DNA of 64,000 bases, taken from Octopus vulgaris (taxonomy: Eukaryota). The notes under the pieces were generated by a model. That model saw only the letters and a program-made list of their open reading frames with translations. It had not been told where the DNA came from and ran no database searches. This document shows positions 15,823-27,600 of this stretch, one piece after another. The stretch lies in NCBI GenBank assembly GCA_951406725.2, contig OX597824.1:55490001-55554000 (forward strand), in the 5' to 3' direction. The position numbers and the translations under genes were made by a program. How positions within the stretch are numbered: the first letter of the stretch is position 1; the number at the start of each line of letters is the position of its first letter.

Positions 15823-18800
15823 TGGCTCTAGTTATGCTCAAGCCTTTCCCATGTATATCAACTCCCCTGACCTCCACAATGTAGGAAGCTGAACAATGTC
15901 ACATCTGTAATCTGCACAATAGGTGGAAGAAGGAAAGGTAGTGTTCTAACAGTAACAATTTCTTGCATCTCTTTTGTGTCAAACTCACTTGATGCACCTC
16001 AGAATCCTTGCACCAGTGGAGTGATATCTCTCTCAATACTAGAGGTGAACACAAAGGTGCAACCCAGATGAAGTCTTGGCATTGGAAAATCCTAATTAGG
16101 ATCCCCAACGCTACCCACACTTTTGTGGAAGTACCTGGTCATCTATAAACCAGGCACTTGCTTCCAAGACTGGAAAAAATTATTCAGTTTTACAATGTTT
16201 GTTCTTGGGCTCCCAATGGCAAGTGAGAGTTCAGTTCCCTTCATGACTTTGAGGCTCAGATGCATTGTCTTTTCTTTCAGCCAATTCTCTTCAACTAGCC
16301 TCTCACTTCTCTCAGGTTGCCCACTATAGGACTGACATCATGCATGAGGTCTCTTCTGATTGTACAAGAAAACCTTGAGTCTAGATCAACTGCAAACTAA
16401 TTGAGGGTGACGTTTCTACTGTGGTCCCTGCACTGGCCTCAAGCAACACTGTGCTTGAATCCACACTAGATGTTTTGGTCACTCTCCATCTCAAGCCTAC
16501 AGATCACTTGCAGATATCAGAGATTTTTAAATTCCTGACAGTGACATGGCCTTTACTGCATCCAGTGATGATGTGGCTGCTGCCCTGAGATCCTTCCCTG
16601 TGAGCAGCAATGGTGGAGTAGATGGCCTGTAACCTGGCCATTTCAGATATTTGATTTCACCACACTCAGCTGAGGCAGGAGCACATTTGCTCTGATCAAT
16701 TACTGTTCTGACAGAGTCTTCTGCATGCAGACCTCCACTGCTATACCCAAGATCTCTTCTCAGCCAACCTTACTGCACTGAAGAAGGATGCAGGTATCCA
16801 TCCAATAGTGGTGGACAACATCTTTCATTGACTTGTCGTCAGGATAGCATGTAGTTTGAGAATACCTAAACAAGGCACTGAGCCCTTCCCAGCTGGGGGT
16901 AGAAGTGAATGTGAGGCTACTGCCCATGTTGTTCGACACTAACATACATCACACACTTTCCTTGTCAGCTTGCCTCCTTCTGAAGTTGGACATAAAAAAA
17001 ACATCAGCAGCATTATCCAATACCACATCTTTGAGACATGTCTAACATGTGCTCTCTCATTATACCCACTTGCATAACTCTCCTACAGGACACCCAGCAC
17101 ACTCATGGCTGCGACAACAGGATTGTTTCTGCAACAGATGTCCAGCAAGATGACCCTCTTGGCCTGCTCTTTTTTGTGTTGGCAGTCAATGATCTTGCCT
17201 GATTAGTCAGCTCACCCTTTAATGTCTGGTACTGGGTGGCTTAGCTGAGTCTATAGTTGGGGACTTTCAGCGGGTCATCCCAACCTTAAAGCTCCTTGGG
17301 CTTGAGATCAACCCATACAAGTCAGAGGTGAGAAATATGAGTTATGGTGAGGCTGAATTCTAGGATATTGTATTATATCAGAGTGGCTCAGTGCCTCAGT
17401 CACCACATGTGTGAACCACATAAATGCCATCATGGAGATGTAGTCAATGAATTCAGCCTGCATTTGTTATCCTGCACCCATAGTGCGGGCAGGCTTTCCT
17501 GACATGTCACTCTGAATTCCATCATCAGAAAGGGCCTTGTTACAGTTGGTTTTCTGTCACAATTGGAACCAATAGGTCTTGATCATGGGGATGGTAAGTG
17601 TCCTGACAGAATGACTGACTTCCCATATGTAGGAAGTAAATCCCTAATTTGGGATATAATGTGCTGCAACATGTTCTCCATCTGAAATCTTGCTGCACTA
17701 GCTGCAGACTTGGGCATTGCTGCCTGTAATGTAGAGGATAGGAAGTTAAACAAATACCAGAGCCTGACTGGCCACTATCTGTTTGTACTTGTTGCTGTTG
17801 AAGCCTTAAGTGCTTTCGGACCCTGCACTGGTGATTTCCTCTGCAAAATTGGGATGATAGTGATCTATCCAAGAAATGAGCATTGTGAGGTGGGTGGCTG
17901 TTGTAGTGAGTGCTGCTGGCCATTCTCAGTAACAACACCTTTGTGAGGCACAACTAAACACACTATTTGGACTGGGGTGTACAACTTGTTACTTCCGCCT
18001 AACATCTTTTGTTGCTTAATTACCTTTTTTTATTTTTTGTTTGTTTCTTTCTTGAAATAATACTGGGATTTTTTTCTTGATGATATGACCTTTTATACTT
18101 AGATTTTTTTTCTTTCTTTTCTTCTTGTAAAAATATGTTACTAAATAAAAATTTCAATATTTCAAGAAAATCAGAAAATATTAACACCATAAATATGAAT
18201 TAGTTACAAATTAATGAAAATAGAGAATTTTTTTTCTCATTGCAAAGAAACAACCAAAATGGAACATCTTGCTACATTGGACAGTAGTACAACATCCAAA
18301 GCCTTATACAATAGCTAATTTCAGAAAAGGAAATATTTATCTTATCATTAAAGTACCTGACAAACAATAGATACATGGTTTGAGTCCTGTCAATGGTCCT
18401 GTTTCTCTCTTCCTCTTAGTAGAACAGGCTATCCTGGTCACACTAAGTAGCCGATAAATTGTCTGTGAAACAAGTGAGAATTCTTCTTCACACATTCTCG
18501 TCATAATCATTGTTGTTGTCATCTAATGTCCATGCTCCACGCTGGCATGAGTTGAATGGTTTGACAGAATCCAATAGATCCAATGACTGCACTGTGCTCT
18601 AGTGTCTACTTTGGCATGACTTTTATGGTTAGATATTCTTCCTAATGCCAATCTCTTTACAGCATGCACTGGGTGTATTTTTCATGGCACCAGCTATGGT
18701 ATAGTAAGGTAGCTATGCAGTTTACAACACTACAAATCTCAAGAGGAAGGCAGCTTTATGCTAGATGAGTGGTTTAAGTATGAGTGAACATGACATAGCA

Positions 18801-21800
18801 GGTTTCTTGCAGTAGAGGAGCTACATGGCTTTTCGCACTTAAGAAGCAAAGGTGGGAGTGGTTTGGTGGAGCTGGAAAGAGATAAAATAGTGGTGGTGAG
18901 GTGTCCAGGTGCTCCTCAAGATACAAGGAGGGTAGAAATGAATGAGGACAGAAGAACTAGATGTATGGGTGAGTTTGACTTGCAAGAGTATATGGGAGAG
19001 TGAGAAATTGAGAAAATGGTGAGGGGAAGGCAAGAACTATGAATATTGGGTAAAATTGAAGGGTAGATGTTATGAATGATGGATAAGGGAGGAGGGGGAT
19101 GACTGATGATGAATTTGTTGGGAGAAGTAAAGGGCTACAGATGATACAGTACAGTAGTAAATAAGAGAAGGCTGAGAGAGAGAGAGATAACATGAGGTTG
19201 GGAAGATTGTAGAAGTGTTAGAGAGAAAGAGAGTCAGGCATAGTGAATGAAGAGTGAGGAAAATATGTTGGAATGAGGAAGATAATTTGTGGGTTCAGTG
19301 GAGGCATGTGATCAATGTAAAGTATGGATGGAAAGAACAGTATTAAAAGATGAAAAATGAATAACATGTGAAATGCTTCTGTGTAGTACGAAAAATAATT
19401 GGTATGAAGGGATAGCTGTAGTGAGAGAGAGGATGAGTGGTAGTGTTGGTGATTTCAGAGGGAGATTGAGTAAATGGCTAATTTGTGTATATTTATAAAA
19501 CTACATACATGCACACACACAGTGTTTTCAGTACTCAGTTTCAATGAGGTAAGTGGGTCTTCTTGAGAACCTCATGTCACCAGTCATCCCAGTCTTTTGT
19601 CATCTCCTTCTTGAGGGTCAGGATCCTGAAGTTAGCCCTTACCACTTCATCTATTGTCTTCTTGTGCCTCCCTCTTCTGTAAACTCCATCCACATTAAGT
19701 GATCAGCACTTCTTTATAAGGCTGCCCTCATCACATATCCAGATCAGCACAGTCTTCTTTCTTATACACTAAATCTGATTCCTCTTTTTCCCAGTTCTTC
19801 TCTCAGCACTTTTGTACTAATTCTTTCATTCACACTCACATTACACATCTCTCTAAGGCATCTCTTTCATCTTTGTAGCAGTTTATTATGCTATTGCTAA
19901 GCTAGTCATTGGGCATGACTCCTTGTATAACTTGATTAACTATACTGTACCTCACCAGATATTTTGAGCATCTCCGCAACTATTCCTTATGGACCTGCAG
20001 CTGCCTCTCTCTTTATGCCATTAATTGCTAGTCCTTCTATAGTGTCAGCATGAAGTAGCCCCTATTTGTCCTATACATTCTCAACATTCAACAGCCTCTC
20101 ATAAAAGAACTTCCACACTACTTTCTTGTCTTCTATATCAATGGTGAGTGCATGTTCATTATTCTGAATATATTTGTCACCAATGAGAGCTTGGTTCTCT
20201 ATTACACACTGTCTCTTGATCCTGAACATCTTGCCTCTGATCCTCATGCTGCAAGATATGTGCAAATCGTTTCACCCTTAGCTAAGCATACTTGCCACCT
20301 AGCTGCCCTTCTGGCCATTTGGTAATGCTCCCTACAACACACTTTCTTCCAGATTTTTGAAGTCTTTCTTTTAGTCTTTACTGCTATCAGATGTATCATT
20401 CCACCACCATATTTCTTTTGTCTTGGTTTTGCTCCAGCCATGTCTGATGTGTAGCCCTAAACAGGTTATTTCTAAGAAATCCTCAGGTATCTAAATCTTC
20501 CTCCCTACAGTTATGTGCATAATTAGAATTTCTCAAAATATGTTCCAAACTGCAGAATCTTTTAGTTTCTAAATTTTCCTTCTCTATGTCATAGTTTATT
20601 TTTGTGTCTGCCTGGTTCTGACTTTGAAGTCACTTGTTACTAATGTTGAATAAAGCATTCTTAGTCAGAAAAGGTTTTGGCATTTACAATCACTCCTCTG
20701 TCCATTTTCCTAGTTAGAATGTAATCTCTCTGACTTGTGGGTTTACCAGACTGGTAAGTGATGAGGTGGTTGGCTTGCTTCTTGAAGTGTTTTATATTCC
20801 ATCATAAATTATGACATCTTCAGAGGTTCATCTTTACTGTGATCTGAACAAACAATTCAACAAGGTAACTATATCACATACAAACAGAAAAGAAAACTAT
20901 TATGGAATTATCTACCAGTCCTAAATCTTATAATTTACTTACTAAATCAATTAACTCAACAAGACAGTTACTTGATCAGTACCATTTAAAATGACTACCA
21001 TTTTGATGTTCCAGAATTTGTTATTTAGTTGAGTATATCTCTTACAAAAATTTATTCAACTGAATAATAGTCAATAAAAAAACCATTGTGAAACCAGACA
21101 ATTTGATGGAAATTTTTCAATAATAACAGATGGTAGTAGTGGTAGACTGTATTCAATAATTCTTCTTCCACACTCCCTAATAATTATTAGAGATGCTAAC
21201 AAAGTACAAATTTTGATAAATCAAATTACTCTGTAGTGTAAGTTTTTAATTTCATTGCACAATATATAGACTATAATGAGTCCCTGACCTATTTGGTTCT
21301 ATTTTTGTAAAGATTTGTAATATATAAATTGTTAGATATCTACTTGTCACTAGGATCAAAATGAATTTATAAGTCAGTACACGACAATTGTCTGACATTT
21401 CCATGAGACTGTGCTTTTGAAGTTGAAGAATAAGTTGCTTGGGTATTTTATAATATATTCATTTGTAAACTCATTTCTATAAGCTCTAGACAATCAAATA
21501 ATCTCTCACTTAATTGAGCTGTTACATAAACTATCAATTATGCAAGAGCATCCAAAAATGCTGAAATACTTACAAGATAGTTACAGAAGTAAATTTTACT
21601 TAGTAAACAACAGGAAACACCAAACAGTGCTACTGCTATGAACAAACAGTTGCTAAAAATAACTACAAAAATCTGGAAATATAATCAGAATTTGCTCTAG
21701 GTTTCATGCTGCCTCAAGCTGGAAGACCTGCAACTTTCTTATCAAAATAATTTTCAAAATATGAAAGAAATCCTTTTACTGTTGGATATGAAGATATGAT

Positions 21801-24566
21801 TATCATGGAGACAGTTAGAAAATGTAATGACTACCTTATTGACAAAATATGGATTAACAAGCAATTTCGTATGTGATCAATGTTACACATCATTTTCTTA
21901 CAAAAAGTGACAAAATTATGTGATGGGAGACATGTAAATAATTTTGTTGACTCTCACTCCCATGACTACTATGTATTGGAAATCAAACGAAGCTATTGTA
22001 GGCTATAAATGAAGAATTTTACAATCCCAGTATTTCAAGACCTTCACACTTTATGTAACCTAATCCAAATTTTTATTGTTTAGAACCCACACATCTCATT
22101 ACATTGTAGTAGACCACTTCCAAGATTTGATCTTACAGCACTTCTGTCTGAATTTGGAATTACATTTCATTAATATTACCATATCTGGTAATTTTTATGA
22201 TAGCTAGTCAATATGACAAATGTCAGCAGACATCAAAAGAACCAGTTTCATTACCATGTGAAAATACAAAAAGAACCTTTTTTTGAGATTATATAAACTC
22301 ATGACTTTTAGCACCAGACTGAGATCATCTTGGTTGCAGCTGGAAAGGTCAGCCGAGGCCTTGTTATATGTCTCTCAAATAGCTTCTTCTCTAGATTAAT
22401 TTCTTTTAATGCCCATCAAATACTCTCATCTACAAACAATATCATATAAGTGATTGCTCAAACTTCACCTCTTTCTCAGATAGAAATATGCCATCTAGTG
22501 TATGTTGCAGTCATCGGATAGCATTATAGGATCCATCAAACTAGTGCTAAATACTTTTCTTCAACTCCAAAAAAAATAAGGCTTACCTACACTGACATCT
22601 TCACCATTTTCATTATGATTACAGCAAGGTCAACTAATAAACTAATGTATTTGCCCGTCACATTTACATACATTTAAAAAAACATTTCATCTTTTGCTAC
22701 TGCAAACTATCAGGCCATTATGTTGGATAATCTTTGTGGCAAATGAATAAATTGTTGAACTATGCAACAATGATTTCTTTATGGTCCTTACATCCTACTA
22801 ATAACCAGATATTAATGATTTTTCATTGGTGACCTGCAACTTAGATCACTTATAGAGCCAATTAAAATGCCTACATGTGCTCAGTATAAACATTGTTGAT
22901 GTCTAATCCTGAATATTATGTACTTTATAGTGGTGATTTATCAATCCCAACAGCTGAAAAACGTTGCAGCCTGATGCTTTTGCCCTGAAAGACTACACCA
23001 GGAAAAAAAGAAAAAAAAGAGAGAAGTTTAGTTGGGCAGTTACAGAGTGGCAGCAAGTGTCTGGTTTGTGAATATAAATTAGACTATATCTTCTAGTTAC
23101 AATGTTAATTTTGTCCTCAGCAATTGTATTGATATACCTAATGTAAAACCCCACTTCATCTATTTACGTTTTCATAGCTCATAATAATGCTAATAGGTTA
23201 TCTTACCTGGAGGTAAACCAAACTTGATTTTCCAGTTGCAAGATGGTAGCCTGCTGCTAAAGCTACTGCACTGCCCTCATTGGCTGTAATGATATGTCTA
23301 TCCTTTGGTGATGTTTCAGCAATATATGCACAAAAGTCTAAAAGAATAAAATAACATATAAAAATATGTGTGTAGGTATGTGTGTGTGAGAGAGAAAGAG
23401 AGATTATGTCAATTGCCATAATAATGAGCTAGTGTATGTTGCAGTCATCGGATATATGTGCGAAATATATGTGTTGGCTTACTATATGTGCGAAATATAT
23501 GTGTGCCGATGGTTTTGTAGTGGAATGGTGAAATTAAATGTTGCTAGTAGTTATATTGGTCACAATATTGTGTCTGATAATATAAATTTTTACAACTCTC
23601 AAAGCTTGGTAGCATAAACAATATCAGTAGTTTTTCAATACTCACATTAAATTACATTGTCTTATTCAAATAAGAATCTTTTCATGTTAAACTAAATAAC
23701 TTTAAGAGTTCATGTTCAGTGTTTAAGTTAATTTAGACTTTTTAAATATTAATCATTAGTGACAGAAGCAGCATTAATACCAAAAGGTAATTTCTATATT
23801 CAACTTAGCATGAATGTCTTGTTAGAACACTGAATACTGCATTATTAACCTTGAGAGGTTCTCTCATATAGGTGTTTGGTGCATAAAAGCACACTCATAG
23901 ATTGTAGCAAATGAGAATAATCTGTCAAGGGTGCTGGAACTTCTATATCGCACGCTTTCATTCTACTGGAAATCATCACTAATAATTAATTTTTAATAAG
24001 CCTGCTGGCTATTTGCTGATATTCTGTATATTGTAGCAGTGAGATTTGACTGGCATGCGGTGACCAGATACCTCCAGTAGATTGAAATCACATGATATGG
24101 GAGTTCCACCAACCATGAGATGATTCTCGTCTGCTATGGTATATATATATATGTGTGCTTTTATGCACCAAGTGCCTATATGGCAAGATCTCTCAAGACT
24201 AATAATATAGTATTTGGTGTTCTAACAAGACATCCATGTTAAGTTAGATTTAAAGCTTAATTTAAAATATCACTGTTTGGTCAGTTTCAAACCCAATTTA
24301 TTTAAATCTGGAAAAAAATGTTAATCCAGGTATTGTGTTAATTTGATATTTTCCATGTTATACATCATCAGTAAATGTAATGAGTTCTGAACCCTTTAAA
24401 CAATCAGTTCACTGACATTACAACAGCATTCTCTGGAATCAACAGACCCTTCGTGTGAAACACCCAATAGTTATTCACTATTCCATCTAAAATAGCTACT
24501 GCATTAATTATATTCAAACTTTTACATAGTACATGTAACTGAAACCAAGTATAATCTGAGTTAGTG

Positions 24567-24611
<45 letters not shown>

Positions 24612-27600
24612 CATGCACTGTTTCCACTTCTCTTTGCATTCATAGATGACTTGATTCTAAGACAAGTCCCACAGGGTAAAAAATACAGAGATCAAGAATC
24701 AAGAACATGGTCACTGGACATTGCTTCATGATATTGTAGCATTAGTTGAGACTATGGAAGAACTGCAAGCTCTCAAGTGTACTACAGGGATATAAATTCT
24801 TTAGGAGTGTTTATAAAGAGAAAGATGCAGAAGCATACTTCAAAACAACAAAAACAAAAATTTAGAAGATCTCAACTGCTTTTGAGGAAAAGCATGATCA
24901 GCATTATCCAGACAAATAAGATATAGACAAGTGAAAAAGGTGTTGCTGACTACCGTACTAGATTTCTTTATGGTAATGAGTAATAAGTATTAAGAATTAA
25001 TAAGAAAAGAAAATATATTCTTTGACAGAAAATACTAAATCAAATTATAATCTCCAAAAAGAAAATCATTTAAACAGTGTGTGGTGTCTAAAAATATAAG
25101 GCAAACACACTCTGTGAGATCATCACCAACCAACATTCAGATCCATTAACCTTCTGTCTACCAATGGATCCAATGGTCCCATTTCAGCTTTTACGGTTGC
25201 TTTTACCTACTGTTTATATTATTTGATTTTGTTGATTTCTCGTGACTTATTTTTTCTTGACTATCTCTTATTTGTCAAATGGGAAATTTTCCATATGTTT
25301 ATAAAAGCTATAAAATTTCACTTTATACATTAATTACCGTTTGGGTCCATTGGACCCTTGAATTAAATTCAGACAATACTCTTGTAATTCTAAACAGAAT
25401 AAAATCAGCACCAAATATCATTTTCTTAGATATTTATCAAATATAAAATAGATAAAATTGTATACAATTCATTTGCTGAATTTTAGATAAAATAAGAAAA
25501 ATTATGAAAATATTGCTGCAAATTTGTGTGTTATTGCATCACCTTCAATCTGCTAGGTTATAGGGTGATGTAATATTTCTATGTGATGACACAATTCTTA
25601 CAACATATCGTATCAATATATGTGAGAGAGCAATATCTGCCTTTAGTCTGCTATCAAGTTTCATATAGTTCAGTTGGGCTTTCCATTATGCCTAGATATG
25701 AAAACTTGAGTGAAGACCAAATATCAAAAAGGTTATTGGAATTAGATGAAGAATGGGAAGAACATAGTAGTGATTCCTTCTATTGCTCTGAAGATGATGG
25801 TGAAAGTGATTGTATGCTGGACAGTTTAGGTTCTGTGTCATCAGATGATGAAGATACTCGATAACAATTATCTGCAAGCCACCAAATTATGAATGAGCAA
25901 TATGTTTCTAGAGACAGACAAGAAGTTTAGCATTCTAATCCTCTTATTCAAGCAACAGTAAGAACTTCATCTTGCAATATTGTGTACCAAGAAAGTGGAC
26001 CATCTTGTTTTGCTAAAAGGTCTTGTGATAGCATTGAAATATGTTTTACTATCTTTATGCGCCAGAATCTTCTTGAAGTAATTCTTGAAGGTCAGGTTGT
26101 TTACAAAGATAAATGGAAGGAAATTAATCACTCTGAAGTAAATAAATTTATTAGACTGATTATTCTTAGAAGTGTTTATAAATCTAAACATGAAAATGTC
26201 ACACAGTTATGAAGTCAAGAAGATGGCCGCCTAATATTCAACAAAATTATGAGCCGGGGAAGATTTCAACAGATTTTACAAGTATTGCATTTTGATGATG
26301 CTAGTGGAAAAAGAAAAAGAGAAGTGATGATAAACTGGAGCCATATGAGAAGTATTTGTGGAAATGTGGAATCAGAATTTGCAAGATAGATATGTTCCAA
26401 GTTCATACATGACAGCTGATGAACAATTAGTTTCATTCAGAGTGTGCTGCCCATTTCGGGTATATATTCCTTCAAAACCAGGGAAATATGGAATTAAAAT
26501 TTGGGCAATATGCGACAGTGAAACATCTTATGCCTGAAAAATGCAAATCTATACTGGAAAAAACCCAGTAAAATGGAGAGAGACAAATCAAGGTTCAAGA
26601 GTTGTTGAAGACCTAGTAAAAGAACTTGAAAATGCTGGTCGCAATATAACTTGTGATAATTTTTTTACAATTGTAGGATTGGCTCGAAGGCTACTTAGCA
26701 AGAAAACTACTTTAGTTGGAACAATTAGAAAGAACAGAGTTGAACTTCCAAGTGCTTTCACAAATGGAAAAGAAAGAGAAATCAACAGCACAATATTTGG
26801 ATTTCAAAAGGATTTTATGATCCTATCTTATTGTCCCAAGAAAAATTACGTAGTCAGCCTTCAATTGATTCAAAAAGTGCTGAAAAGAAACCTGAAGTTA
26901 TTACATGTTACAACAAAACAAAAGGAGTAGATACTCAAGATAAGATGGTAAGGACATGCACTTGCAAAAGAATGACTCGAAGATGGCCTATGGTTATATT
27001 CTACAACATGATTGACATAAGTGCAGTAAATGCTTTCATTGTTGCTAAACAGCTTCACTTGCAAAGTTTCAAGGATAAAAGAAGACAGTGCCTAATTCAG
27101 TTAGGAAAGGAATTTTCTGGAGTTAATGCTAAACAAGAACATCTAGTTCCGCTAACATTTCTCAACCAAACAAGAAAAGAAGATGATCTTCAATCTCATT
27201 TGAGATTCCTCAGCCAAAGAAAAAAGGAAGATGTTCTTTGTGTGGCCCTCAAAAAGACAGAAAAACTCATACTACTTATAAGAATTGTAATATCCATGTT
27301 TGCCAAGAACATTCCAATGTTGTCTGCATTCACTGCCATAAAGAGCAGTAATTCTGTATTTTTTTATTAAAATTTGTGAGAAATATTAATTCTTTATTTA
27401 CCTGATAGCATATATAATGTGGGTAAGAAATAGTGGTAGTTTGAATAAAATTTAATTAGAAGTAAAATATTGGGTCTGTTGGACCCAATATTTTACCAAG
27501 GGTTAATGAAGTCTTCCAGAGGGCAGATCTAAAGACAAAATGACTACAGTTATTGAACAGGTATTTTTCAACTCCAAAAAGTGATGAAATAATATAATTC

